Assembly: GCA_036499025.1 (NCBI GenBank) | Contig: DASYEM010000021.1 | Span: 2,421 to 66,420 of the forward strand | Reading direction: 5' to 3' | Source of the DNA: Parvibaculum sp. | Lineage (GTDB): Bacteria; Pseudomonadota; Alphaproteobacteria; Parvibaculales; Parvibaculaceae | DNA length: 64,000 nucleotides | In this document: in pieces, positions 32,013 through 42,489 of the stretch | Layout: each line of letters starts with the position of its first letter | Numbering within the stretch: position 1 is the first letter of the stretch | Program-made: the position numbers and the translations under genes | Notes under the pieces: generated by a model | What the model saw: only the letters and a program-made list of their open reading frames with translations | What the model was told of the DNA's origin: nothing | Database searches by the model: none

Positions 32013-34307
32013 ATGACGACAGTGGAACGGGTGGGCAGGACAAGCTGGGATAGCCGGCTCTGGGAGCTTATGTCTCGGCGGGGCTTCTCGGGTACGCTTG
32101 CCGTCGGACTGGTGATCGTTGCGATCCTGCTCGGCTCCTTCACCTACATGACCCTGACCGGGCTCACGCCACTGAAACCCGGTCGTGGTCTCGTCATTAC
32201 GTTGCTGCTCGCCAATCTCACTATCGTCCTGATCCTCTTCGCGCTGATTTGCTGGCGTGTGGTGCGGATCATCATGGCGCGGGTCAGTGGCGCGGCGGGG
32301 GCGAAGCTCCACGCGCGCCTCGTCGCCATGTTCTCTATTGTCGCGGTCATGCCCGCCATCATCGTCGCGGTCTTCGCCGCCGTGACGCTCAACCGGGGGC
32401 TCGACGCCTGGTTCAGCCAGCGCACCCAGATCATTATCTCGAATGCCCAGACTGTGGCCGAAGCCTATCTCAGCGAGCATCATCATGTGCTGCGGGGCGA
32501 CGCGCTGGCTATGGCGACCGACCTCGACCGGGCGGCGCCTTATCTCTCATCCAACCCTGAGCGGTTTCAGGAGCTTGTCGGCACGCAAGCCGCGCTTCGC
32601 TCTCTGCCCGCCGCCTATCTGATCAACTCGCAAGGGCGCGTCCTGGCGCGGGCGAGCGTGGCGGGCATGCCCGCCATCGGGCTCCCGTCGCCCGAACAAT
32701 TCGCCGCCGCCAACAAAGGCGAGGCAGTTCTCTTCACGGTGGATTCCGTCGATCAGATCAGGGCCTTGGTCAAACTGCCGTCGATTGACGACACCTATCT
32801 CTACGTCGCCAGACCGGTCGACGCCCGTGTCCTTGACCACCTCGCGCAAACGCGTGAGGCGGTGAACGAATATCAAAGCCTTGAGCAAAGGCGGATCACC
32901 TTTCAAGTGACATTCGCGCTCATCTACATCGCGGTGGCTCTTGTCACTTTGCTTGCCGCTGTCTGGCTCGGCCTGTGGGCGTCGAACCGGATCGTCGATC
33001 CCATCGGCAAGCTTGTCGAAGCGGCGGAGCGCGTCTCGGGTGGCGATCTGGGCGCGCGCGTAGAGCCGGGCGAAACCGGCGATGAGCTCGACGTGCTAAG
33101 CAGCGCTTTCAATCGCATGACGAGCCAGCTCGAAAGCCAGCGCAACGAACTCATCGAGGCGAACCACCAGCTCGACCAGCGGCGCCAGTTCACCGAAGCG
33201 GTGCTGTCCGGCGTCAGCGCGGGCGTGCTGGGTCTCGACAATGAAGGCATCATCAATCACGGCAACAGGGCGGCGCTGCGCTTTTTCGGCAAGGGCGAAG
33301 CCGCGCTGATGGGCCATGACGTTTCCGTCGCCATTCCCGAAATGGCCGACGTTGTCCGCGAAGCGCAGGGTCACCCGGACCGCCGCGCGCAGAGCCAGAT
33401 CGTGATCCAGCGGGAAGGGCGCGAACGCACCCTCAGCATCCGCGTGACCAGCGAAGTGACGGATTCCGGTCTTGGCGGTTTCGTGCTGACCTTCGACGAC
33501 ATCACAGAACTCGTGAGCGCGCAGCGCACGTCCGCCTGGGCCGATGTTGCGCGCCGTATCGCGCATGAAATCAAGAACCCGCTGACGCCGATCCAGCTTT
33601 CGGCGGAGCGTCTCCGGCGCAAATACAGCAAGGAAATTCTGACGGACCCCGAGGTCTTTCAGCAATGCACAGACACGATCATCCGTCAGGTGAATGACAT
33701 CGGCCGCATGGTGGACGAATTCTCGTCTTTCGCCCGGATGCCGTCCGCCGTGATGAAACCGATAGAGATCAACGAGGTCGTACGTCAGGCCGCTTTCCTT
33801 CAGCGTGTCGCGCATCCCGAGATCGAATATATTCTCGACTTGCCGCTGACGCCTGTCTGGCTTCAATGCGATGGGCGGCTCGTCAGTCAGGCGCTGACCA
33901 ATATTCTGAAAAACGCGGCTGAGGCCATTCGCGGCCACGATGCGGCGGAGCATGGCCAGCCGGGCGCCAAGGAAGGCGAACTTGGCCGCATCCTCGTCGC
34001 GCTGGACGAAGAGCCGGAATTCGTCGCCATCGAGGTGACGGATACGGGCTGCGGCTTGCCGCAGGTAAACCGGACAAGATTGACGGAACCTTACATGACG
34101 ACGCGCGCCAAGGGCACAGGCCTCGGGCTCGCCATCGTCAACAAGGTGATGGAAGACCACGGCGGCGCCTTGTCGCTGGAAGACGCGCCGGTGTCCGACG
34201 ACTGGGAGAGCGGGGCACTTGTGCGCCTGACTTTCCCGCGCGTGCATCTGGATACGGTTGAGACGACACAGACGAACGACGCAAACGAGGCAATGCATGG
34301 CATCTGA
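32013..34307 (+). CDS. ntrY: Sensor histidine kinase NtrY
   Basis: TM helices, [34 protein letters not shown]. Confidence 0.94.
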   Translation: MTTVERVGRTSWDSRLWELMSRRGFSGTLAVGLVIVAILLGSFTYMTLTGLTPLKPGRGLVITLLLANLTIVLILFALICWRVVRIIMARVSGAAGAKLHARLVAMFSIVAVMPAIIVAVFAAVTLNRGLDAWFSQRTQIIISNAQTVAEAYLSEHHHVLRGDALAMATDLDRAAPYLSSNPERFQELVGTQAALRSLPAAYLINSQGRVLARASVAGMPAIGLPSPEQFAAANKGEAVLFTVDSVDQIRALVKLPSIDDTYLYVARPVDARVLDHLAQTREAVNEYQSLEQRRITFQVTFALIYIAVALVTLLAAVWLGLWASNRIVDPIGKLVEAAERVSGGDLGARVEPGETGDELDVLSSAFNRMTSQLESQRNELIEANHQLDQRRQFTEAVLSGVSAGVLGLDNEGIINHGNRAALRFFGKGEAALMGHDVSVAIPEMADVVREAQGHPDRRAQSQIVIQREGRERTLSIRVTSEVTDSGLGGFVLTFDDITELVSAQRTSAWADVARRIAHEIKNPLTPIQLSAERLRRKYSKEILTDPEVFQQCTDTIIRQVNDIGRMVDEFSSFARMPSAVMKPIEINEVVRQAAFLQRVAHPEIEYILDLPLTPVWLQCDGRLVSQALTNILKNAAEAIRGHDAAEHGQPGAKEGELGRILVALDEEPEFVAIEVTDTGCGLPQVNRTRLTEPYMTTRAKGTGLGLAIVNKVMEDHGGALSLEDAPVSDDWESGALVRLTFPRVHLDTVETTQTNDANEAMHGI

Positions 34308-35691
34308 GATTCTGATCGTTGATGACGAAGCGGATATTCGGGAGCTCGTTGCGGGTATTCTGAACGACGAGGGCTATGACACGCGGGTCGCCGGCGATAG
34401 CGACGGCGCATTGACGGCCATTGAAGCGCGGCGTCCTGGCCTCGTCGTGCTCGACATCTGGCTTCAGGGCAGCCGTCTGGACGGGCTGGAACTGCTCGAC
34501 GTCATTCACGAGCGTCATCCCGATCTGCCGGTCGTCATCATCAGCGGCCACGGCAACGTCGAAACGGCCGTCTCCGCGATTAAGAAGGGTGCTTACGACT
34601 TCATCGAGAAGCCGTTCAAGGCCGACCGCCTCATTCTCATCGTGCGCCGCGCGATGGAAGCCTATCGCCTGCGCCGCGAAAATACCGAGCTTCGCACGCG
34701 TATCGGCGACGACATGGTATTGGTCGGCATTTCGCCGGTCGTCGCGCATGTGCGCCAGACCATCGACAAGGTGGCGCCGACGGGCAGCCGCGTTCTGATC
34801 ACCGGGCCATCGGGCTCAGGCAAGGAAGTCGTCGCGCGCCTTCTGCATTCACGTTCGCGCCGCGCGGGTTATTCCTTCGTCGCCATCAATGCCGCGACCA
34901 TGGCGCCCGAGCGCATGGAGACGGAGCTTTTCGGCACCGAAGCGACGACGACGGGGCCGCGCAAGGTCGGCGTCTTCGAGCAAGCGCATGGTGGCACGCT
35001 CTTTCTCGATGAAGTGGCCGAGATGCCGCTCGAGACACAGAGCAAGATCCTTCGCGTGCTCGTAGAGCAGACATTCGAGCGTGTCGGCGGTGGACCCAAA
35101 GTCAAAGTCGATGTCCGCGTCGTCTCATCGTCGAGCCGCGATCTCACCGACGAAATCAGCAAGGGCCGCTTCCGTGAGGATCTGTTCCACCGCCTGAACG
35201 TCGTGCCCATTCAGGTGCCGCCGCTTTCGACGCGGCGCGAGGACATTCCGCTGCTGGTCGAACATTTCATGGGCCAGATTTCCAAGGCGACGGGCTTGCC
35301 GGCGCGGATCATTTCCGAAGATGCGATGGCGGCGCTTCAGGCGCATGACTGGCCGGGCAATATCCGCCAGCTCCGCAACAATGTGGAACGGCTGTTGATC
35401 CTGACATCGGGCGACCCCGCCGGCATCGTCACAGCCGATATGCTGCCTGCCGAAGTCGGTTCGTCGGCGCAGATCACGGTCAACGGCGCGGGTGGCGAAC
35501 ACATCATGGCGTTGCCGCTTCGGGAAGCGCGCGAGACCTTCGAGCGCGAATATCTGATGGCGCAGATCAGCCGCTTCGGCGGCAATATTTCGCGCACGGC
35601 CGCCTTCATCGGCATGGAGCGTTCGGCGCTTCACCGCAAGCTCAAGTCGCTTGGCGTGGCGACGACGAGCCGGGCGGATGTCATCGCGTAA
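34297..35691 (+). CDS. ntrX: Response regulator NtrX
   Basis: LDIWLQGS, ISGHG, AAA+ domain lacking GAFTGA, MERSALHRKLK. Confidence 0.94.
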   Translation: MASEILIVDDEADIRELVAGILNDEGYDTRVAGDSDGALTAIEARRPGLVVLDIWLQGSRLDGLELLDVIHERHPDLPVVIISGHGNVETAVSAIKKGAYDFIEKPFKADRLILIVRRAMEAYRLRRENTELRTRIGDDMVLVGISPVVAHVRQTIDKVAPTGSRVLITGPSGSGKEVVARLLHSRSRRAGYSFVAINAATMAPERMETELFGTEATTTGPRKVGVFEQAHGGTLFLDEVAEMPLETQSKILRVLVEQTFERVGGGPKVKVDVRVVSSSSRDLTDEISKGRFREDLFHRLNVVPIQVPPLSTRREDIPLLVEHFMGQISKATGLPARIISEDAMAALQAHDWPGNIRQLRNNVERLLILTSGDPAGIVTADMLPAEVGSSAQITVNGAGGEHIMALPLREARETFEREYLMAQISRFGGNISRTAAFIGMERSALHRKLKSLGVATTSRADVIA

Positions 35692-35700
35692 GGAGCCAGC

Positions 35701-36558
35701 TTGTCCCGCATCGCTTATGTGAATGGCAGCTATCTCCGCCATGCGGAGGCGAGCGTCCATATCGAAGATCGCGGCTATCAGTTTTCCGATGGCGTCTATG
35801 AAGTCTGCGGCGTGCGCGGCGGACAACTCATGGACGAGGATATGCATCTGGAGCGGCTTCAGCGCTCGCTGAAGGAGTTGCGGATCGCGATGCCCATGGC
35901 GCTGCCCGCGCTCCGGCATGTGTTGCGCGAAGTCGTGCGGCGAAACCGCATTCAGAACGGCATGGTCTATTTTCAGGTCACGCGCGGCGTCGCGCCCCGC
36001 GACCACCCGTTTCCGCCTGCCGGCACGCGGCCTGCCATCGTCGTCACGGCGAAGCGCCTGAATGAAACGCGCGTCGCAGCCTCGGTCGAGAAGGGCGTCG
36101 CCGTCATCACCATGCCGGACCAGCGCTGGGCGCGGCGCGACATCAAGTCGGTCTCTCTGCTTGCCAATATCCTGGCCAAACAAGCGGCGCGCGAAGTGGG
36201 TGCCTATGAGGCGTGGCTTGTCGATAAGGACGGGTTCGTCACGGAAGGGTCTTCGACCAATGCCTGGATCGTCGACAAGGATGGCCGCGTCGTCACGCGG
36301 GCGCTGAGTTCCGATATTTTACCGGGCGTCACCCGCCGTGTGTTGCTCGAGGCCGCAAAACGGGAAGGCATCGAGATCGTGGAACGGCCCTTCACCGTGG
36401 AGGAAGCCCGGACCGCCCGCGAAGCGTTCATCAGCGCCTCATCGGCCATCATTATTCCGGTAGTTCGTATCGACGAAACATCGATCGGAAATGGTGCGCC
36501 GGGTTCTGTCACCATGCGCTTGCGGCAGGCCTATGCGGCAAGCGGGCAGTTAAGCTGA
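35701..36558 (+). CDS. dat: D-amino-acid transaminase (class IV)
   Basis: IEDRGYQFSDGVYE, DIKS, TEGSSTN, ILPGVTR. Confidence 0.88.
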   Translation: MSRIAYVNGSYLRHAEASVHIEDRGYQFSDGVYEVCGVRGGQLMDEDMHLERLQRSLKELRIAMPMALPALRHVLREVVRRNRIQNGMVYFQVTRGVAPRDHPFPPAGTRPAIVVTAKRLNETRVAASVEKGVAVITMPDQRWARRDIKSVSLLANILAKQAAREVGAYEAWLVDKDGFVTEGSSTNAWIVDKDGRVVTRALSSDILPGVTRRVLLEAAKREGIEIVERPFTVEEARTAREAFISASSAIIIPVVRIDETSIGNGAPGSVTMRLRQAYAASGQLS

Positions 36559-36760
36559 GGTTTCACGCCTCGAAGCTGTTCGCCCAAAGAAAAAAATGAC
36601 CATAACGACGTATCGCGACGATTTCGCACTTGCAGCAATACATAAAAAGACCAGATTGTAGAGGAGCCGCACCTTTCGCTCCGCTGGGGCAGAGACAACA
36701 TCATGAGGCTGGCCGGTGCGGCGAGCTGGCCCAACCCAATGCGACAAATGGGGTTTACCC

Positions 36761-37003
36761 ATGAGTGAAAAGACCCACAACTTGCAGGACACATTCCTGA
36801 ACCACGTGCGCAAGCACAAGGTCAACCTCACCATCTTTTTGGTGAATGGCGTGAAGCTTCAGGGCGTCGTGACCTGGTTCGACAATTTTTGTGTATTGTT
36901 GCGCCGAGATGGCCACTCGCAATTGGTCTATAAGCACGCCATATCGACGATCATGCCCGCTTCGCCCGTCCAGCTTTTCGAGCCCGGTGGGGAAGAGGCC
37001 TGA
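36761..37003 (+). CDS. hfq: RNA chaperone Hfq
   Basis: [26 protein letters not shown]. Confidence 0.98.
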   Translation: MSEKTHNLQDTFLNHVRKHKVNLTIFLVNGVKLQGVVTWFDNFCVLLRRDGHSQLVYKHAISTIMPASPVQLFEPGGEEA

Positions 37004-37033
37004 AACGCTTCCTTTGAGTCGTGAGACCACCTT

Positions 37034-38416
37034 TTGAGCAATGAGACCGTAGTCGGACCTGCGCGCGACGCGACGCGAGCTTTCGTGCTTGTTCCCTGGC
37101 TGAAGTCTGCCGAGCATGACGCACGCCGTCAGGGCAAGCCGTTTCGCTCTCAGGAGGCGCGTCTCGAAGAGGCCGTCGGGCTTGCCGCAGCCATTCATCT
37201 TTCCATCGTCGGAACGGCCGTCGCGCCGCTCGCGGGCGTGCGCCCGGCGACATTGATTGGCGAAGGCAAGGTCGATGAGCTGAAGGGGCTTCTTGCGGAG
37301 TTGCAGGTCGAGCTTGTGATTGTCGATGGACATCTCTCGCCCGTCCAGCAACGCAATCTCGAAAAGGCCTGGAACCTCAAGATCCTCGACCGCACCGGGC
37401 TCATCCTCGAAATCTTCGGAGAGCGCGCCAATACGAAGGAAGGCTCGCTGCAGGTCGAGCTGGCGCATCTCAATTATCAGAAGAGCCGCCTTGTCCGCAG
37501 CTGGACCCATCTTGAGCGCCAGCGCGGCGGTTTCGGTTTTCTCGGCGGCCCGGGCGAAACGCAGATCGAAGCCGACAGGCGCGTCATTCAGGAGCGGATC
37601 GCGCGGATCGAAACCCAGCTCGACACCGTGAAGCGCACGCGCGAGCTGCATCGCAAGACGCGGCGCGAAGTGCCTTATCCCATCGTCGCGCTGGTGGGCT
37701 ACACCAACGCCGGCAAATCGACGTTGTTCAATCGGCTGACAGAGGCAGGCGTCTTTGCGGAGAACCTGCTTTTCGCCACGCTCGATCCGACGATGCGCGC
37801 CGTCTCGCTGCCGAGCGGGCGGAAAATCATTTTATCGGACACAGTGGGTTTCATCTCCGACCTGCCGACCCATCTTGTCGCCGCCTTCCGCGCCACGCTC
37901 GAAGAAGTGCTGGAAGCTGAAGTCGTTCTTCACGTCCGCGACGCGGCACATGAGGAAAGTGAAATCCAGAAGTCGGATGTCGAAGCGGTTCTCGCGTCTC
38001 TCGGTTTGATGGGCGAGAAAGTCGAAGGCGTGCCGCGTCCGCTGGTCGAGGTGCTGAACAAGATCGACAGGCTTGATGAGGCGCATCACGAGGCGGTGGT
38101 CAACGCCGCTTTACGCGATACGATGACGGTGGCTCTCTCCGCGCTGACGGGCGAAGGCGTCGAGGACCTGCTCGCGCTTATCGACAGTCTCATCATCGAC
38201 AAAGGCATTCCGGTGCGCGTGACCCTGCGCGCCGACGAGGGCGAGGCGCTGGCCTGGTTCTACGAACACGGGCAGGTCCGCAAGCGCGATGCAAACGAAG
38301 ACGGTTCGACGGCACTTGAAGTCAGTTTGCCGGAAGCCGAGATCGGGCGGTTGGAAAAGCGTTTCCCCGCGCTATACGCGCGCATTGCCGCCACAGCGCC
38401 CAAGGCTGCCGAATAA
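37034..38416 (+). CDS. hflX: GTPase HflX
   Basis: GPGETQIE, GYTNAGKS, LFATLD, DTVGF, NKID. Confidence 0.97.
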   Translation: MSNETVVGPARDATRAFVLVPWLKSAEHDARRQGKPFRSQEARLEEAVGLAAAIHLSIVGTAVAPLAGVRPATLIGEGKVDELKGLLAELQVELVIVDGHLSPVQQRNLEKAWNLKILDRTGLILEIFGERANTKEGSLQVELAHLNYQKSRLVRSWTHLERQRGGFGFLGGPGETQIEADRRVIQERIARIETQLDTVKRTRELHRKTRREVPYPIVALVGYTNAGKSTLFNRLTEAGVFAENLLFATLDPTMRAVSLPSGRKIILSDTVGFISDLPTHLVAAFRATLEEVLEAEVVLHVRDAAHEESEIQKSDVEAVLASLGLMGEKVEGVPRPLVEVLNKIDRLDEAHHEAVVNAALRDTMTVALSALTGEGVEDLLALIDSLIIDKGIPVRVTLRADEGEALAWFYEHGQVRKRDANEDGSTALEVSLPEAEIGRLEKRFPALYARIAATAPKAAE

Positions 38417-39237
38417 TGTCCGATCCGATGGAGGATGTCGCCGCGCTGATGCATGAGGTCGCGGCGCGCGAAATCCTGCCGCGTTTCCGCATGCTCAAAG
38501 ACGGTGACATCGAGGAAAAATCCAAGGGCGATTACGTCACCATTGCCGACCGCGAAGCGGAACTGTGGCTCAGCCCACGCCTTCAGGCGCTCGTACCGGG
38601 CTCGATGGTATTGGGGGAGGAAGCCGCCGCCGCCGAGCCGAACAATCTGCTTCTCGCGCAGAGCGACACGCCGTTCTGGACCGTCGATCCCATCGATGGC
38701 ACTGGCAATTTCGTCGCGGGCCGCGAGACCTTCGGCGTCATGATCGCCTTCGTCGACAAGGGCAGGGTGCGCCGCAGCTGGATCTATCTCCCCGTTTCCG
38801 GCGATCTCGCCGTGGCGGAAGAGGGGTCCGGCGCTTTCTGGCATTCGGGCGGCAAGAGCAAGCGGCTGTCCGCAGGCCGCTCATCCGCCGATGTGGAGAA
38901 GATCACCGGCGCTTTCAATGTGCGTTTCATGGCCGAGGAGTGGCGCGACCGCGTCGAACTTTTCGCTGACACGGTGCCGCGCAAGTCGTCTTATCTTTGC
39001 TCGGCGTGGGACTATACCGGCCTTGCGCGCGGGCAGCATGATCTCGTCACCTATAACCGCATGATGCCGTGGGATCACGCACCGGGGTCCCTCATCCTGC
39101 GCGAAGCAGGCGGCGTATTGCGCAGTCTGGACGAGAATATCGATTATCTGCCGGCGACCCTCGGCGCGCCTCATTTGGCCGCGCGCGATGAAGAGAGCTG
39201 GCAACGTTTCGCCGCTGCGATCCGCGCCACCGTCTAA
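38416..39237 (+). CDS. Inositol monophosphatase family protein
   Basis: VTIAD, GEE, DPIDGTGNF, PWDHAPG. Confidence 0.9.
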   Translation: MSDPMEDVAALMHEVAAREILPRFRMLKDGDIEEKSKGDYVTIADREAELWLSPRLQALVPGSMVLGEEAAAAEPNNLLLAQSDTPFWTVDPIDGTGNFVAGRETFGVMIAFVDKGRVRRSWIYLPVSGDLAVAEEGSGAFWHSGGKSKRLSAGRSSADVEKITGAFNVRFMAEEWRDRVELFADTVPRKSSYLCSAWDYTGLARGQHDLVTYNRMMPWDHAPGSLILREAGGVLRSLDENIDYLPATLGAPHLAARDEESWQRFAAAIRATV

Positions 39238-39239
39238 GC

Positions 39240-40058
39240 CTATTCGCGCTCCTCGCGCTTGGCTTCATTCCACATCGCATCCATCTCCTCGAGATTTGAC
39301 TGCAACGGCTCGCGGCCCTGAGCGGCGAGCATTTCCTCGATGCGTCCGAAGCGGCGGCGGAACTTTGCGTTGGCGCGGCGGAGCGCGGCCTCAGGATCGA
39401 CCTTTAGATGTCGCGCGAGGTTTGCATAGACGAAAAGCATATCGCCCAACTCGTCTTCCAGCCGGTCATGGTCGCCACCCTTGGCGACTTCATGCGAAAG
39501 CTCCAGCATCTCTTCATTGAGCTTGTCGAGAACCTCCGCCGTGCTCGGCCAGTCGAAGCCGACTTGCGCGGCGCGGTTCTGAAGCTTGAGTGCGCGCGAC
39601 AATGCGGGCATGGCGAGCGGCACATCGTCGAGCAGGCTCGCCTTTGCGGGCTTGCCCTTCGCAGCCTTTTCCTCGGCCTTGATCTCGTCCCAGCGTCCGG
39701 CGACGGTTCCCGCCGCGCGCGCCTCTTCATTGCCGAAGACATGCGGATGACGGCGGATCATTTTTTCGCAGATCGCGCGGACCACGTCTTCAAATTGAAA
39801 GGAGCCCGCCTCCTGCGCCATCTGCGCGTGAAAGACGACCTGCAATAATAGATCGCCCAGCTCGTCGCGCAGGTCATCCATATCGCCGCTCTCGATCGCG
39901 TCCGCGACCTCATAGGCTTCTTCGATCGTATAGGGCGCGATGGTCGCGAAGTTTTGCTCGAGGTCCCACGGGCAGCCGCCATCCGGCGAGCGCAGCTTCG
40001 CCATGATCTTCAGCAACGCGTCGATACGCGTCAGATTGTCCGGGATGTCGGCGTTCAG
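39240..40058 (-). CDS. mazG: Nucleoside triphosphate pyrophosphohydrolase MazG (probable CTG start at 40058)
   Basis: GCPWD, EEAYEV, ELGDLLLQVVFH, RRHPHVF, GFDW; GAGGAGG SD 5 nt before the CTG. Confidence 0.95.
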   Translation of the reverse strand: MNADIPDNLTRIDALLKIMAKLRSPDGGCPWDLEQNFATIAPYTIEEAYEVADAIESGDMDDLRDELGDLLLQVVFHAQMAQEAGSFQFEDVVRAICEKMIRRHPHVFGNEEARAAGTVAGRWDEIKAEEKAAKGKPAKASLLDDVPLAMPALSRALKLQNRAAQVGFDWPSTAEVLDKLNEEMLELSHEVAKGGDHDRLEDELGDMLFVYANLARHLKVDPEAALRRANAKFRRRFGRIEEMLAAQGREPLQSNLEEMDAMWNEAKREERE

Positions 40059-40079
40059 CGGAGCCTCCTCAGTCGCGTG

Positions 40080-41522
40080 TCATTCCGCCGGGTTGTCAGC
40101 CAGACCGCCTGCCGCGCCGCCCGATACGACGGCCGCCGCCGCTTCCGTCGCGGTGTGTTCGCCATGCGCGGCATCGCGTTCGGCAAGCTGGCGGCGAATA
40201 TCTTCCTGCGCTTCTCGGTCGAGAGGGAATTTCCACATGACCCAGGCCGCCGCGAGCATGAAGAGCGATGGCAGCACCACGTAAAGCGCGGCCAGCTGGT
40301 TCAGCGCTTCGGGTGTGTTGCCGCCCGATGGCTTGAAGCCGATGAGATCGAGGATCGGGTAGGTGATGCCGACCGCCAGCGCGCTGCCGACTTTGCCAGT
40401 GAGGCTCAGCAGCGAGAAATAAAGCCCCGTGCGCTGCTGTCCGGTTTCAAGATTGTCGTAATCCGTCACGTCGGCCATCACCGAGCGCAGCAGGAACGAG
40501 CCCGCGCCGTAGGCGAGGCCGTAAAGTGTGAAACCGAGGAATAGCCACCAGAATTCACCGCGCGGAAACAGCAACACAAGCGGCAGAACGATGGCGCCAT
40601 AGACCATGGCGATGGAGAGCGCGCGATGCTTGCCGAACTTGTGCGCGACCTTGATCCAGAAGGGCACGCCTACAAAGCCCGCGACGAAATAGATAAGCAG
40701 CAGCAGGCTCGCCGAATGAGCAAGCCCGAAGACCTGAGCCGTGAAGAAGATATAGAGCGCACCGGTGATGCTCGGCGCGATGGCGACCAGAAGATCCGCG
40801 ATCAGCATCCGCTGCAAAACCTTGTTGCGGATAATGATGCTCCAGGCTTCGGCGAAGGGAACATGATGCGTCGGCTGCACATGCTTGCGTTCGCCCACCG
40901 CCCACACGGCAAGGCCGATGGTGATCGGCAGAAGGATGATGATGAACCAGCCCATTGCCGACATTTTCAGGAAGCCGTCGCCGTGCCCGCCTGCCGCATT
41001 CTCGATGATGGCGGGTAGCGTCAGCACGGTGAACATGCCGAAGATCAACGCGAATTCGCGCGCACCCTGAATGGTCGAGCGCTCATTGTAGTCGGAAGAA
41101 AGCTCCGCGCCCCAGGACATATGCGTGATGGAGCTCAGCGAATAACCGCAATAGACAAGGAAGAGAACGACGGTCAGATAGACGGCGCCGACGCCGTGGG
41201 CAGGCATGAAAAGCAGATAGCAGGACGCCATCAGCAGCGGCACGGAAATCACCAGCCAATGCCGCCTGCGGCCCCAGCGCGCCGGAAACTTGTCGGTGAA
41301 GACGCCGACCAGCGGATCGACAAGCACATCGCCGAGCCGCACGAGCATGAAAATCATGCCGACCAGCGTGAGGCTCAAGCCAACATCCTGCGAATAGAAA
41401 GCCGGCAGATAGACAACGAGTGGAAGGCCGAGTGCCGAAATCGGAATGGAGGGAAGGCTGAAAGCTCCAACCTGTAGTTTCGATACGCGTTTCTCAGCCA
41501 TGTAGGTCGCACTCCCGCTCAT
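40080..41522 (-). CDS. MFS transporter, GPH/MelB-like
   Basis: DPLVGVFTD, WGRRR, WGAELSSDYNERS, MADVTDYD...QRTGLYF. Confidence 0.88.
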   Translation of the reverse strand: MSGSATYMAEKRVSKLQVGAFSLPSIPISALGLPLVVYLPAFYSQDVGLSLTLVGMIFMLVRLGDVLVDPLVGVFTDKFPARWGRRRHWLVISVPLLMASCYLLFMPAHGVGAVYLTVVLFLVYCGYSLSSITHMSWGAELSSDYNERSTIQGAREFALIFGMFTVLTLPAIIENAAGGHGDGFLKMSAMGWFIIILLPITIGLAVWAVGERKHVQPTHHVPFAEAWSIIIRNKVLQRMLIADLLVAIAPSITGALYIFFTAQVFGLAHSASLLLLIYFVAGFVGVPFWIKVAHKFGKHRALSIAMVYGAIVLPLVLLFPRGEFWWLFLGFTLYGLAYGAGSFLLRSVMADVTDYDNLETGQQRTGLYFSLLSLTGKVGSALAVGITYPILDLIGFKPSGGNTPEALNQLAALYVVLPSLFMLAAAWVMWKFPLDREAQEDIRRQLAERDAAHGEHTATEAAAAVVSGGAAGGLADNPAE

Positions 41523-41622
41523 GCCGGTCTCGTGCCGACTTACAAATTTGTATGAGCTAAAGAAACCGATTGAGGCGGCTTTGTCTATTGTTCAAAATGC
41601 GCGCAATGCTGTGCCGCAGCAA

Positions 41623-42273
41623 TCAGGCGAATAATTCATCGGCCACATAAGGATTGCCGCGCCGTTCCGCACCGAAGGTCGAGAGCGGTCCGTGTCCCGG
41701 AACAAAGGTCACATCGTCGCCGAGCGGCCAGAGCCGTTCGCGGATCGATGAGATCAATGCATTGTAATCGCCGCGCGGAAAATCAGTCCGGCCGATTGAG
41801 CCATTGAAAATGACGTCGCCGACAATCGCGAGCTTCGCCTCGGCATTGAAGAAGATGATGTGGCCCGGCGTGTGGCCAGGGCAGTGGCGGACATCGAAGG
41901 TGAGGCCGCTCACCTCAACCGTGTCGCCGTCTTCCAGCCAGCGATCAGGCTCAAAGCCGCCAAAGGCCGGGAAACCATACTTCTCGCTCTGCGTGGGCAA
42001 TTCTGAAATCAGGAAGAGATCATCGCGATGGGGACCTTCAATCGGAATTGTCAGACGGCGTGAAAGTTCGCCCGCCGCCGCCGCATGATCGAGATGGCCA
42101 TGTGTCAACAATACCTTTTCGAGCTTGATGCCGAGCTCTTCAACCGTCTGCATGATGCGGTCGAGATCGCCGCCAGGATCGCTTACGGCACCGCGCATCG
42201 TCTCGTCATCCCAGAGCAAAGTGCAGTTTTGCTGAAAGGGAGTGACGGGGAGAATCGCTGCTTTGAGGCTCAT
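41623..42273 (-). CDS. MBL-fold hydrolase (YcbL/GloC-like)
   Basis: THGHLDH, PGHTPGH, GDVIF, IGRTD, PGHG. Confidence 0.92.
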   Translation of the reverse strand: MSLKAAILPVTPFQQNCTLLWDDETMRGAVSDPGGDLDRIMQTVEELGIKLEKVLLTHGHLDHAAAAGELSRRLTIPIEGPHRDDLFLISELPTQSEKYGFPAFGGFEPDRWLEDGDTVEVSGLTFDVRHCPGHTPGHIIFFNAEAKLAIVGDVIFNGSIGRTDFPRGDYNALISSIRERLWPLGDDVTFVPGHGPLSTFGAERRGNPYVADELFA

Positions 42274-42489
42274 TCGTGCCGCACATGTTCAATTTCGAGG
42301 TCGCTCAAATTAGGCAGCCATGTCGCATATGTCCAATGTTGACGGGCTTTTTCGCGCTTTCGCTCCGAAATCTGTGCATAAAGCGGCATTGTGCGAGCGA
42401 AAAAAGCCTTGGGGCGCAGCAAACTCTTGGTGTTTACCTCAAACTTGTGAAAGATAGCGTCAGCTTCCACCAAGGACGAATCACGAATC

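Noticed and set aside
34297-35691. NtrX lacks the GAFTGA motif
   Set aside because: Known property of alphaproteobacterial NtrX, not novel.
40059-40082. Stop-codon read-through fusion of the MFS transporter to MazG
   Set aside because: The frames match, but a strong SD before the CTG explains independent initiation, and the fusion has no obvious rationale.
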